Origin: an uncultured Acidobacteriota bacterium
GTDB taxonomy: Bacteria; Acidobacteriota; Terriglobia; Terriglobales; Acidobacteriaceae
Assembly: GCA_963696765.1 (NCBI GenBank)
Contig: CAVOLK010000005.1
Coordinates: forward strand, 252,851-316,850
DNA: 64,000 bases
Reading direction: 5' to 3'
The notes below the pieces were generated by a model that was given only the letters and a program-made list of their open reading frames with translations, searched no databases and had not been told where the DNA came from. A program made the translations under genes and the position numbers. Shown one piece after another: positions 42,341-52,046 of the stretch (its first letter is position 1; every line of letters starts with the position of its first letter).

Positions 42341-43123
42341 ATGGAACTCGTCGGGAAAGTGGTGGTGGTTACGGGCGCTTCGATGGGCATTGGCGAGGCC
42401 ATCGCCAAAGTGTTTGCCGAGCAGGGAGCGGGGGTCGTGCTGCTCTCTCGCGATACGGCGCGCGCCGAGGCTGCCCGCGAGCGCGTCGGATTTCCGGAAC
42501 GCACCATCGCGCTTTCCTGCGACGTGCGGCATTCGGAGGAGATCGACCGCGTGCTCGGGCTCACGCTGCATCACTTCAAGCGCGTCGATGTCTGGATCAA
42601 CAACGCGGGGCATGGCCTGATGGATTCGGTCGCGGAACTGGATTCGCCGGCCACTCACGAACTGTTCGAGACTAATTTCTTTGGCGCGCTCTCGGGGATG
42701 CAGGCAGTGATCCCGGTCATGCGCCAGGAGGGCGGCGGCACCATCATCAACATCTCAAGCGTTGCGGGACATATCCCGCTGCCGTTTCACGGCGCCTACA
42801 GCGCTACCAAGTTTGCCCTGAATGCTATTGGCAATGCGGCGCGAGTCGAATTGAAAAAAGATGGAATTCACGTGCTCACGGTCTGCCCCGGCTATGTGCG
42901 CACGGCGTTCAGTCAAAATGCGGTTCGAGGGAACGAGCCAAAGACGGTGCGCCCGGCTGCGATTCGCGGCATCAGCGCCGAACGCGTGGCCCGCGCAACG
43001 CTGCGCGGATATTTAAAAGGGAAGAGGGAAGTGATCGTTCCCTGGTGGATGCACCTGCCGGTGAAGGTGTATCAGTTGTTTCCTGGCTTGGTGGAGTGGG
43101 GGATGGTGAGGATGGCGAAGTGA
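42341..43123 (+). CDS. SDR family oxidoreductase
   Basis: [22 protein letters not shown] (TGxxxGxG), [12 protein letters not shown] catalytic YxxxK. Confidence 0.85.
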   Translation: MELVGKVVVVTGASMGIGEAIAKVFAEQGAGVVLLSRDTARAEAARERVGFPERTIALSCDVRHSEEIDRVLGLTLHHFKRVDVWINNAGHGLMDSVAELDSPATHELFETNFFGALSGMQAVIPVMRQEGGGTIINISSVAGHIPLPFHGAYSATKFALNAIGNAARVELKKDGIHVLTVCPGYVRTAFSQNAVRGNEPKTVRPAAIRGISAERVARATLRGYLKGKREVIVPWWMHLPVKVYQLFPGLVEWGMVRMAK

Positions 43124-43126
43124 AAA

Positions 43127-43486
43127 GGTTTCAAGGTTGCAGAGTTTCGAGGTTTCAAGGCCTCGAGGTTTCAAGGACTCTGCTGACTAGACACTCTAAG
43201 ACTGTGAAACCTGAAACCCTGAAACTTGGTATTGGGGTCAGTTTGAATTATGAATGTCACAGGGCGTCATCCCGAAGAGCCCGCGTTTTTACCAGCGGGC
43301 CGAGGGATCTCCCGTGGCACACAGTGTCGTAGCGGGAGATCCTTCGCTCCGCCGGAAGAACGGCTACGCTCAGGATGACGCCATCGACGAGCGAACATGC
43401 CATCAGAATTTCACACTGGCCCACGACCTCAAACCGTGGAACCTTGAAACTTTGCAACGTTGCAACCTTGCAACCTTGAAATCTTG
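43127..43486. repeat. Inverted short-period arrays (GGTTTCAAGG-type / CCTTGAAAC-type) whose spacer holds the composite MITE copy 43228-43428
   Basis: Left arm 43127-43176; short inverse block tgtgaaacctgaaaccctgaaactt at 43203-43227; right arm 43437-43486. The structure fills the convergent gap between the SDR stop and the TPR stop. Confidence 0.8.
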
Positions 43487-43488
43487 TT

Positions 43489-43800
43489 TTATCCCAGTTC
43501 GGCGAGCAAGGCTTCCATTTCCGACTGGGCGTGCAAGTTTCCTGTGCGGCGCGCCGATGCGATCCCGTCGTGCAACATCTTCTTCGCGTCTTGTGCGCGC
43601 TCGGCCCGGACCAGCGTTTGCGCCGCCATGAAATATCCGGCGGTGTAGTCGGGATGCCCTTCCAGCAAAATCGCAAACTCCGCCAGCGCGCGGTCGAAGT
43701 CGCCCTGCTTGGAATACTCCATGGCAAGCCCGTAGCGCGCGAAGGCGTCGTTGGGATTCTCCGTCAGAATTTCGTTCAGCGTAGCGATACGATCCATTCG
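43489..43800 (-). CDS. Small TPR protein
   Basis: MDRIATLNEILTENPNDAFARYGLAMEYSKQGDFDRALAEF...; the start at 43800 is preferred over ORF-track start 43887. Confidence 0.6.
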   Translation of the reverse strand, partial: RMDRIATLNEILTENPNDAFARYGLAMEYSKQGDFDRALAEFAILLEGHPDYTAGYFMAAQTLVRAERAQDAKKMLHDGIASARRTGNLHAQSEMEALLAELG

Positions 43801-44071
43801 GTCTATTCCTGCTTTCGAGCTTAGTATAACCAGCGGCGGCAGGGTGCGTGGTTCACGTCCGCCTATAAGGGCTGCTGAAAAGCTCACACGGTAAGGTGCA
43901 CGCGCGTGAATCGAAGCCCTGCGCTCAAACCGTTAGCGCTCGCCGCTTGGAATATAATCGTGCGCACAAACGGTCCTCGCTACCGGGGAGAAGTGCAACG
44001 AAAACAATTGATTTGAAAAAGTTTTCTCGTGCACGTTCGCATCCTTCGTGGTAGTAGCCGTCGAGTGAAGC

Positions 44072-44933
44072 ATGAAGGAAATGACCGCCAACGAGTGCGA
44101 ACGGTTCCGAACCGACGCCGCGAAGTACGCCGCATACCTTGAAACGCCCGAGGGCCGGCTGCGCCTTGATCTCGCTTTTGCCAATTTGCAAGAGTTTCTG
44201 CCGCAGGCCTCTGAAACCACGCGGCCTTTGCGTGCGCTGGACATTGGAGGCGGGACGGGCGCCATTGCGGTGCGCCTGGCACGACTTGGGTTTCACGTCA
44301 CGTTACTGGATGAGTCCCTGCCGATGCTGGATTATGCCAAGGGGGCGGCGCAGGCCGCAGGAGTTGCCGAGAAAGTTTCGCTGACACAAGGCGATGCCAA
44401 CCAATTTGCAGAGTTGTTCCCCGCTGGGTGGTTTGACGTAATCACTTGCCACAATATCCTGGAATTTGTCGACGATCCATGTGCTGTGTTGCGCAATGCG
44501 GCTCGCGCCTTGCGTGATTCGTCTGGCATACTCTCGGTGTTGGTGCGTAACCAGGCAGGCGAAGTATTGAAGTCCGCTTTGCTGGCCGGCGATCTGGTAG
44601 GGGCGGAACAAACCCTGACCTCAGAGTGGGGAGACGAGTCGCTGTACGGAGGAAGAGTGCGGCTGTTCACTCCGGCGAGCGTGCGAGCCTTGCTGCTCGA
44701 ATCATCTCTCGCGGTAACCGCAGAGCGTGGTGTACGGGTGCTGTCAGATTACTTGCCGCCGAAGATTTCTCGAGATCGATGAGTACGAGCGGATTCTTCA
44801 GCTGGAACTTAAGCTGGGCAGGCGACCGGAGTTCGCCGCAGTCGCGCGCTACACGCACTGCCTGGCACATCGCGGAAATCAGAATCAGGCAGGGTTGACG
44901 CACACAAGCGCAGTCATGAAGGACCGTGAATGA
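44072..44933 (+). pseudogene. Class I SAM-dependent methyltransferase (CmoM/SmtA-like), one frame break (~44775)
   Basis: LDIGGGTGAIAVRLARLGFHVTLLDES motif I; GVRVLSDYL then EYERILQLELKLGRRPEF..ARYTHCLA in the frame of ORF 44727-44933. The layout resembles E. coli CmoM as I remember it. Confidence 0.7.
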
Positions 44934-45985
44934 GCAACGTCGGCGTCCAGCCTTCATCGTCGGCTTCTCACTTAACGCTCGATGACGGTATTGCGATTGG
45001 GCTCGGACTTACGAACGAATGCAATCTCGCGTGCGCCTTCTGCTATCGCGATCCAACTCGCACCGATCGTCTCTCCCTGGATCAAGTGAGGGCAGTCATG
45101 GAACGCCTGCCGGTTCGGTCGGTGAATCTCGGCACCGGCGAGAACGGCATGCATCCCGAGTTCAAGGCAATTCTGGCCTACCTGCGAACGAGGCCGGTCA
45201 AGCTCACCATCACTTCCAACGGTCATAGTGTTGCCGTGCTGGAAGACAACGAACTGCGAGCCTTTCACGACATCGAGTTCTCTCTCGACTACGCGACGCG
45301 AGGCGAACAGGATGCGCAGCGCGGGCAGGGCAACTGGGAACTCGTCCAGCAGCAGGCTGAACGCTGCGTGAAGCTGGGTATTCCCGTGACCATCATCGCC
45401 GTGATGATGAAGGCGAACTACCTGCGCCTCGCGGACGTGGCGCGAGTCGCCAAACAGTTTGACGCTCCTTTGCGGGTGAACGTGTACCAGGCGGTGCGAT
45501 CGGACATCTATGCCCTGAGCTACGAGGAATATTGGGAAGGGTTTCGGCGCCTTTTTGCGGAGACCGACGTAGTCGCGATTGGCGAGCCGCTGGTGCGCGC
45601 GATGGCAGGACTTCCGCCGCTGCGATCCGGTTGCGGCGTGAGCACCGTGCGCGTAACGCCGCGAGCGACGACCCAACCCTGCGTCTATTGGCCAGGATCG
45701 GGAGAGCCGCTTTCAGATTTGATTTCCGAAGGGCTCAACATTCTGAGCTCTACACCGTTCGAGCAAGCACGCGCGCTTCCTCGGATCTGCAATGCGTGCG
45801 AATTCCGCGAGTCGTGTCACGGCGGGTGTGCGGGACGGCGGCGCCTGCAAGGCGCACTACTCGAGCCTGACTTTTACTGTCCGATCGTTCGGGACGAACG
45901 CCCTCGACTCCAGATCCGCATGGCTGCAAATCGCGATCTGCCCAAATTGAGCAGTTCCTGCACCACGGTTGTAATCGCCAGGTAG
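44930..45985 (+). CDS. Radical SAM protein with C-terminal SPASM/twitch-like Cys cluster
   Basis: GLTNECNLACAFCY (Cx3Cx2C); C-terminal CGVSTVRV..QPCVYW..CNACEFRESCHGGCAGRR. ATG 44930 overlaps the upstream stop (ATGA). Confidence 0.8.
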   Translation: MSNVGVQPSSSASHLTLDDGIAIGLGLTNECNLACAFCYRDPTRTDRLSLDQVRAVMERLPVRSVNLGTGENGMHPEFKAILAYLRTRPVKLTITSNGHSVAVLEDNELRAFHDIEFSLDYATRGEQDAQRGQGNWELVQQQAERCVKLGIPVTIIAVMMKANYLRLADVARVAKQFDAPLRVNVYQAVRSDIYALSYEEYWEGFRRLFAETDVVAIGEPLVRAMAGLPPLRSGCGVSTVRVTPRATTQPCVYWPGSGEPLSDLISEGLNILSSTPFEQARALPRICNACEFRESCHGGCAGRRRLQGALLEPDFYCPIVRDERPRLQIRMAANRDLPKLSSSCTTVVIAR

Positions 45986-46044
45986 CCCGAGGGCATGGGC
46001 GCGTTGCTCACCCTCGGTCCCCCAAAAACAAAGGACCCTGTAAA

Positions 46045-46080
46045 TATACGTTGACACGTATATGCCGTTACGCGTATATA
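46045..46080 (+). promoter_or_regulatory. Sigma-70-type promoter with overlapping inverted-repeat operator for the ArsR operon
   Basis: ATATACG-TTGACA-CGTATAT (the IR spacer is a perfect -35), 18-nt spacer, TATATA at 46075-46080. The ATG at 46088 lies only 7 nt downstream. Confidence 0.55.
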
Positions 46081-46087
46081 CAGACTT

Positions 46088-46468
46088 ATGGAATCTGCCT
46101 TCGAAATCATCGCCGAACCGAACCGGCGCGCGATCCTGAGCCTGCTGGTCTCGTCAGAGCAGTCAGTGGGGGAGATCGAGCGCCAGCTTCGTATGACGCA
46201 GCCGACTGTGTCGAAGCACCTGCGAGTGCTGCGCGAGGCGGGTTTCGTGGAGTCCACAGTGGATGCACAGCGACGTCTGTACCGGCTGAGACCTGAACCA
46301 TTTCAGGAGGTGGACTCCTGGCTGGCTCAATTCCGCCGCTTCTGGTCCGCTCACCTCGATGCCCTGGAACGGCACCTCGACCGCATGGATCGCCAACAGC
46401 ATGGAGAATCAACACCACAGAAAAAAAAGACAAAAACGAAAACGATGCGGCCCAAACCGCGTATATGA
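46088..46468 (+). CDS. ArsR/SmtB family transcriptional regulator
   Basis: FEIIAEPNRRAILSLL..SVGEIERQLRMTQPTVSKHLRVLREAGFV winged-HTH signature. Confidence 0.85.
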   Translation: MESAFEIIAEPNRRAILSLLVSSEQSVGEIERQLRMTQPTVSKHLRVLREAGFVESTVDAQRRLYRLRPEPFQEVDSWLAQFRRFWSAHLDALERHLDRMDRQQHGESTPQKKKTKTKTMRPKPRI

Positions 46469-46484
46469 CATAAGGAGAGACGAA

Positions 46485-46878
46485 ATGAAAATCAAAGTGA
46501 CCAGCATTTATGTGGACGACCAGGAAAAGGCACTGCACTTCTATACCGAGATACTCGGCTTCGCGAAGAAGACGGATTTCAGCCAGGGTCCATATCGCTG
46601 GCTGACCGTGGTCCCGTCCGAGGAGCCCGAATGGCACTGAACTGCAGTTGGCGCTCAACAACAACCCGGCGGCCAAAGCGTATCAGCAGGCGATCTTTCA
46701 GCAGAACCAGCCCGCGATGATGTTCTTTACCGATGACGTGAAGGGCGACTATGAGCGCATCAAGGTGCGCGGCGCCGAGTTCACCATGCCGCCGACCGAC
46801 GTGACTGGCTCGACCATTGCGATGCTGAAAGATACTTGCGGCAACCTCGTTCAGTTGACCCAACTGGCGAAGTATTAA
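46485..46878 (+). pseudogene. VOC (glyoxalase/bleomycin resistance) family protein, one frame break (~46635)
   Basis: MKIKVTSIYVDDQEKALHFYTEILGF (AAGGAG SD) continues as ELQLALNNNPAAKAY...TIAMLKDTCGNLVQL in ORF 46648-46878. The span is 3n+1. Confidence 0.75.
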
Positions 46879-46902
46879 TGCAGAGGAGAAGAGGAGAAGA
46901 AG

Positions 46903-47487
46903 ATGAGCGACCTCCAGCACTACACGCCGGGCCCGGCGCGCGGAGCGCGGGTACGAAAGGAGCGCGGCCAAAGCGGTGAAGAGAAGTGGACGCTCATTCT
47001 CGTCCGTGAAGTGCGGCACTCGCCGGAAAAAGTTTGGCAGGCGCTGACCGACCCGGCGCATCTGCGCGAGTGGGCTCCATTCGACGCCGATGGGAACCTG
47101 GGTGCCGCTGGAACCACGGTGAAGCTGACCACGGTGGGAGCGCCCGTGCCGCGCGTCACCGAAACAACCGTGACGCGAGCCGACGCTCCTGAGTTGCTTG
47201 AATACAAGTGGGGCGGCTTCGACATGCGATGGGAACTCGAACCGCTTGGAGGCGGAACACGCTTGACGCTTTGGACCAACATCGGTCACCGCTTCATCGC
47301 GATGGGGGCTGCGGGATGGCACATTTGTTTCGATGTGCTGGATCACCTTCTCAGCGGAACTCCACTGGGTCGCCTCGTCGGTCCTGATGCCATGAAGTTC
47401 GGCGGATGGCAACGGCTGAACGCGGAGTACGCCAAGCAGTTCGGGATCGAATCGCCCAACTGGCCGCCCCAGGCCAAGCCAGAATGA
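46903..47487 (+). CDS. SRPBCC/AHSA1 (Aha1-domain) family protein
   Basis: LILVREVRHSPEKVWQALTDPAHLREW, LEYKWGGFDMRWELEPLGGGTRLTL; typical partner in ArsR operons. Confidence 0.7.
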   Translation: MSDLQHYTPGPARGARVRKERGQSGEEKWTLILVREVRHSPEKVWQALTDPAHLREWAPFDADGNLGAAGTTVKLTTVGAPVPRVTETTVTRADAPELLEYKWGGFDMRWELEPLGGGTRLTLWTNIGHRFIAMGAAGWHICFDVLDHLLSGTPLGRLVGPDAMKFGGWQRLNAEYAKQFGIESPNWPPQAKPE

Positions 47488-47520
47488 ATGTCGCGCGTCA
47501 GCGACTAAAGAGGATGAATT

Positions 47521-47733
47521 ATGACCGAAGCCACCAAACGTTCAATTTTTCGCTGGATTCACATCATCTGTGGCATTCCGATACTCGGCTACATTTATGA
47601 TTCGCCCTCCGATACTCCTAGTTACGCCTTCAGTATTAGGTATCTGTTTCTTCCTCTCCTAATTCTTTCCGGGCTTTGGATGTGGAAAGGCCATTGGGTT
47701 CGACGACTGATTTCGAAAAGATCGGCGGCGTAA
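47521..47733 (+). CDS. Small two-TM membrane protein (hypothetical)
   Basis: 70 aa with two hydrophobic helices (WIHIICGIPILGYIY, LFLPLLILSGLWMW), tightly spaced in the operon. Confidence 0.45.
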   Translation: MTEATKRSIFRWIHIICGIPILGYIYDSPSDTPSYAFSIRYLFLPLLILSGLWMWKGHWVRRLISKRSAA

Positions 47734-47738
47734 AAATC

Positions 47739-48299
47739 ATGCCAACTGGAACTCTTCCAAACAAACGGAGTGAAGAACTGCTCAGGGTTTTGAAAGCCCG
47801 CTTTGAGAAAAACATGAACCGCCATCCAGGTCTTGAGTGGGCGAAAGTACACGCCAAGCTTGAGGGGAACGCTGACAAACTGTGGTCGCTGAACGAAATG
47901 GAAAGAACCGGTGGTGAACCCGACGTTGTTGGCCACGACAAGAAGACGGGCGAATACATTTTTTATGATTGTTCGGCGGAAAGTCCGAAAGGCCGCAGAA
48001 GTATTTGCTACGACCGTGAGGCCCTCGATTCCAGAAAAGAAAACAAGCCAAAAGACAGCGCTGTTGGCATGGCGACGGCCATGGGCATTGAACTTTTGAC
48101 GGAAGAACAATATCGAGAGTTGCAGAAACTGGGAACTTTCGATACGAAAACGTCGAGCTGGGTGAAGACGCCTTCTGCCATCAGGCGACTCGGAGGCGCC
48201 CTGTTTTGTGATCGCCGCTTCGACACGGTTTTTCTGTATCACAACGGTGCGGAATCCTACTATGCCGCCAGGGGGTTTCGTGGGGCGCTCAGGGTCTAA
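47739..48299 (+). CDS. DUF4256-like protein
   Basis: LKARFEKNMNRHPGLEWAKV, WSLNEMERTGGEPDVVG, YIFYDCSAESPKGRRS. The family name is from memory. ATG 47739 lies within ORF 47676. Confidence 0.6.
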   Translation: MPTGTLPNKRSEELLRVLKARFEKNMNRHPGLEWAKVHAKLEGNADKLWSLNEMERTGGEPDVVGHDKKTGEYIFYDCSAESPKGRRSICYDREALDSRKENKPKDSAVGMATAMGIELLTEEQYRELQKLGTFDTKTSSWVKTPSAIRRLGGALFCDRRFDTVFLYHNGAESYYAARGFRGALRV

Positions 48300-48362
48300 G
48301 GTTAAGCTTTGTGCAGTGGCGTCAGGAAAATGGTGCACGCCCACATTTCTCCCGTCAGACAC

Positions 48363-48421
48363 AAGGTCCCTCCACTCCGCAAATCATCGCCTTCGCGATG
48401 ATCTGCTCCGGTCGGGATGAC
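48363..48421. repeat. Dispersed palindromic repeat, family 1
   Basis: aaggtccctccactccgc-aaatcatcgc-cttc-gcgatgatc-tgctccggtcgggatgaca; same layout as 6447-6509. Confidence 0.6.
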
Positions 48422-48531
48422 AAAGGGGGTGGAATCTGGACATCACGTTTGAACATCCCCACTCAAGCCAAAATCGGGCTTGAAAGGGCCACGTCATCAG
48501 CCCTCGGCGTTCGGAATAACGGAGCGGACTG

Positions 48532-49662
48532 TTAATGAGTTTGTTTTCTCTTTTTAAATGGCTCAATCGTTTGCCCGAAAAAACTTCGGGCAAGTTCTTG
48601 TCCATCCAGGCCGTAACGTTCTGGCCACTCGTCGGGATAGTAGTAAGTTCCGAAGAGTTTATCGATCCATGGAAAGTGAATCGCGAAGTTCTTGTCGAGG
48701 CCCTCATTTTGAGAAGTATGGTGCCAATGGTGATACCGGGGCATGACCAAGTACTGTTCCAGCCATTTAACGGTGGGGGCAAAGTTGCAATGAGACCAAG
48801 TCGCTTGAAGAGTGACAACAATCAGGTACGCCAGGATGATCGATTGCGAGAACCCGAGCATGAGAGGAGTGAGGATAACTACGCGGACCAATGTGTCGTC
48901 GACGAAGTGGGCGCGCGAACCTGAGATCCAATCAAGCCTCTTCGAAGAGTGGTGAACGGCATGAAAACGCCAGAGAAAAGGCACTTTGTGTAAAGCCAGA
49001 TGAATAAAGTATTCTGCAAGGTCTGCAACCAGAATGGCCAAAAACAGCTGCAAAAGCCAGGGGAGTCGCGCGATAAGGTTTTGAAGAGCCGGAACCCCCA
49101 AGTATTTCGTGGCCTGGGTTGCCGGGACTAAGACGAGAAACGATAAAATCTGCAGAGGTAGATGAGTAGACATGAAGTAAACAACATCCAAAGTCCACTC
49201 GCTGCGGAACGTTCCCTGCGCTGGATACTGCGGCCAGAGTCTTTCGAGGGGCACGTAGATGAGCGCCGTCAAAAATAAATCAAGCAAAAACCAGTCCAGA
49301 GCGATTGAGGGTCCATCGTGCAAGGTGTTGTTAATTTGAACGCTTGATCCGCCCATTGCCGTCGCCGCGATGGCGAGTAACATTCCGGTCAGTGCCAAAG
49401 TTTTCTTCTTGCGTGTAATCGAAGAGATGATTCCGAATACAACTGTGCCCAATATGAGGCATTGGATTAAGGCACGCATCGTGTGCATCGGATAATGTGG
49501 ACGCAGCTCGGGCGAAGTTAATAGCTGGGGAAAATGCAGGCACAGAACCGCTCCGAATGAAAGGCATCCAAAGAAGGCAGACAAGACGCCACTCCACCAA
49601 CCTGTGCCAAAGCCTGTGGACTCGGCATCAGCAAAGAAGTCATTCATCCGCTGCTCGATCAA
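48532..49662 (-). CDS. Fatty acid hydroxylase / sterol desaturase family membrane protein
   Basis: His boxes HLALHK, FHAVHHSS, HHWHH; multiple TM helices; 376-aa intact ORF. Confidence 0.8.
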   Translation of the reverse strand: MIEQRMNDFFADAESTGFGTGWWSGVLSAFFGCLSFGAVLCLHFPQLLTSPELRPHYPMHTMRALIQCLILGTVVFGIISSITRKKKTLALTGMLLAIAATAMGGSSVQINNTLHDGPSIALDWFLLDLFLTALIYVPLERLWPQYPAQGTFRSEWTLDVVYFMSTHLPLQILSFLVLVPATQATKYLGVPALQNLIARLPWLLQLFLAILVADLAEYFIHLALHKVPFLWRFHAVHHSSKRLDWISGSRAHFVDDTLVRVVILTPLMLGFSQSIILAYLIVVTLQATWSHCNFAPTVKWLEQYLVMPRYHHWHHTSQNEGLDKNFAIHFPWIDKLFGTYYYPDEWPERYGLDGQELARSFFGQTIEPFKKRKQTH

Positions 49663-49941
49663 GATGCCCCCCGTTTACGTTCCTCGAGTCCTGCAAACAT
49701 CGAGGCCCACGCTGCAACTTTGGACTCTTAGCAAAGATACCGGTAAGAGTCTCTGGCTGAAAGGCTGAAAAGAAGCGAGGTCATTACCGACGTTCAGCGG
49801 GCTCGGCTGGCCCGGTTCCGAACGCGCGGAACTGCTTCTCGGGCCAGCCCGCAGTTTCTATGGAAGATGTGCCAGACGCGCCCTCGCGGCACACATCTCC
49901 GGTGGGCGCCACGCAGATGGGATCGCCGATTTTGCGAGCGC

Positions 49942-50721
49942 TCATTGCACGGCGATGCCCGCCAGCAGCCCGCCATCTACGAGATAGTCGCCTCCGGTGC
50001 AGAATCCGGCTTTGTCGGAGACAAGAAATGCGGCCAATTCCGCGACTTCCTCTGGCGTGCCGATGCGTCCCAGTGGATGCGAGGCGCCGAAGCGCTTGAA
50101 GACTTCGTCCTCGGGCAGATCGGGACCGAAGTGCGCGGCGGATCGTGCCAGCATCGGCGTGCGAATGGAGCCGGGGCTGATCGAATTGACGCGAATGTGG
50201 TCCGCGGCGTGATCGAGCGCCAGCGCCCGCGTCAGGCTATGGACGGCTCCTTTCGAGGTGGCATAGGCCGCGACGCCGCGCTGGCAGGCGTGACCTTGCA
50301 CGGACGAAAGATTCACAATCGATCCTCCGCCTCGCTTCTTCATCTCGGGGATGCCGAAGTGCGCGAGCAAAAAGATGCTGCCGACGTTGACAGCCAGGCA
50401 TCGATTCCAGATTTCGGGATCGGTCTCGACCGCGGTGCCGAAGGGATGAATCGCCGCGGCATTGACGATAATGTCGAGGCCGCCGGTCGCGGCTGCTTTT
50501 ACAACCATCGATTGGACCTGACCCGGTTGGCTCACGTCGCAATGCTCGACGTGCAACGCCAGCCCGGCGGTTCGCGCCTCTTGCTCGAGTTGCTGGTTCG
50601 CAGTCAATTCAATTCCGCACGCTACCACGCTGCATCCGCCGGCAGCGAGACGCTTCGCGATCGCCGCGCCGATGCCGCTGGTGCCAGTCACGATAGCAAT
50701 TCGATTTTCGAATTCTTTCAT
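49942..50721 (-). CDS. SDR family oxidoreductase
   Basis: IAIVTGTSGIGAAIAKRL, NAAA, YATSKGAVHSL, PGSIRTP; 259-aa intact ORF. Confidence 0.85.
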   Translation of the reverse strand: MKEFENRIAIVTGTSGIGAAIAKRLAAGGCSVVACGIELTANQQLEQEARTAGLALHVEHCDVSQPGQVQSMVVKAAATGGLDIIVNAAAIHPFGTAVETDPEIWNRCLAVNVGSIFLLAHFGIPEMKKRGGGSIVNLSSVQGHACQRGVAAYATSKGAVHSLTRALALDHAADHIRVNSISPGSIRTPMLARSAAHFGPDLPEDEVFKRFGASHPLGRIGTPEEVAELAAFLVSDKAGFCTGGDYLVDGGLLAGIAVQ

Positions 50722-50741
50722 CTGCGGCTGCTCCTTCTGCT

Positions 50742-51932
50742 CTATTCAGCCAACTCCGGAATGGCATATTTCAGGCCTGCGATCACTCCTCGTAATTCAG
50801 CAAGGCCTTTCAATCTGCCCACCAGCGAGTAACCAGGGTACGACGGTCGTGAGATATCGTCGGCCATCAGGTGGCCATGATCTGGACGCATGGGGATCTC
50901 GTGATCCGGTTGGTTCTGCCTTCGCCTGCGCGCTTCTTCTTTTAGAACTGCGGCGATCACGCCGGCCATGTCGGAACTGCCGCGCAGATGTTCGGCCTCG
51001 TGAAACGAACCGTCGGGCTCGCGCATGACCTGGCGCAGATGCACGAAATGAATTCGCGGCGCAAATTCGTTAACCATCGCGAGCAAATCGTTGTCGGCAC
51101 GGGCTCCGTAGGAGCCAACGCAAAACGTCAGCCCATTCGTCGCGGTATTGTAGCCGGCGAGAATAGACCGCGCGTCTTCCGCAGTTGACACAATGCGCGG
51201 CAAGCCGAACAAGGACCACGGCGGATCATCTGGGTGGATGGCGAGACGAATGCCGAGTTCCTCCGCCACCGGCGCCACTTCTTGCAGGAACGCGACGAGA
51301 TGATCGCGCAGCCCGTGCGAGTCCAGATCCTGGTACTCCGCGATTAAGCTGTTAAGCGTCGCACGGTTATGCGGCCCTTCCGCTCCCGGCAATCCAGCAA
51401 TGATGGTTTGTTCTAATTCGTCGCGTCGGGCACCGGTCATGGCTTCGTAACGCGAGAGCGCTGCGGCAATGCGCTCCGCATCATAATCCTCCTCGGCATG
51501 TGGACGCTGGAGAATGAATAAATCGTACGCCGCGAAATCGTTGGCATCGAAGCGCAACGCGAAGGCGGAAGAGGGTAGCCGCCAGCGCAAGTCGGTTCGA
51601 GTCCAGTCGACGACGGGCATGAAGTTGTAGCACACGATCTTCACATCGGCCTGTGCGAGCGCGGCGAGAGAATCCTTCCACGCGTCGATGAACTGGCGAA
51701 ACGGTCCGGTGCGCAGCTTGATGGAATTGTGAATGGGAATGCTTTCGACAACCGACCAAGTCAGTCCGGCGGATTCGATCTGCGCCTTGCGCTTGAGCAC
51801 CTCATCCAATGGCCAGCGTTCGCCACGATAGAGATGATGCAGCGCCGACACTACACCGGTCGCGCCCGCTTGCCGGACATGATCGAGCGGAACTGTATCT
51901 TGAGGACCAAACCACCGCCAGGTTTCCTTCAC
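50742..51932 (-). CDS. uxuA: Mannonate dehydratase
   Basis: MKETWRWFGPQDTVPLDHVRQAGATGVVSALHH, CYNFMPVVDWTRTDL, AIHPDDPPW..GLPRIVST, IPMRPDHGH: close co-linear match to E. coli UxuA as I remember it. Confidence 0.9.
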   Translation of the reverse strand: MKETWRWFGPQDTVPLDHVRQAGATGVVSALHHLYRGERWPLDEVLKRKAQIESAGLTWSVVESIPIHNSIKLRTGPFRQFIDAWKDSLAALAQADVKIVCYNFMPVVDWTRTDLRWRLPSSAFALRFDANDFAAYDLFILQRPHAEEDYDAERIAAALSRYEAMTGARRDELEQTIIAGLPGAEGPHNRATLNSLIAEYQDLDSHGLRDHLVAFLQEVAPVAEELGIRLAIHPDDPPWSLFGLPRIVSTAEDARSILAGYNTATNGLTFCVGSYGARADNDLLAMVNEFAPRIHFVHLRQVMREPDGSFHEAEHLRGSSDMAGVIAAVLKEEARRRRQNQPDHEIPMRPDHGHLMADDISRPSYPGYSLVGRLKGLAELRGVIAGLKYAIPELAE

Positions 51933-52046
51933 GCCGATATCTTAAACCCGAGTTCGTGGCATCAGCCATGCTCACGAAATTCAAAGTTTCGATTCGACAC
52001 GAAAACCATTCTCGGTGAAGATGAATGGAGCGAGGCAATTGCGGAA

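Noticed and set aside
44013-44054. 13-codon ORF (TTG; KKFSRARSHPSW) as RiPP precursor for the radical SAM enzyme
   Set aside because: It has no Shine-Dalgarno sequence, a weak start codon, no Cys/Ser/Thr-rich core and no leader-like length. It cannot be distinguished from chance.
46628-46645. TGGCACtgaacTGCA as a sigma-54 promoter
   Set aside because: The GG to GC spacing is 9 rather than 10 nt, and it lies inside the VOC coding sequence.
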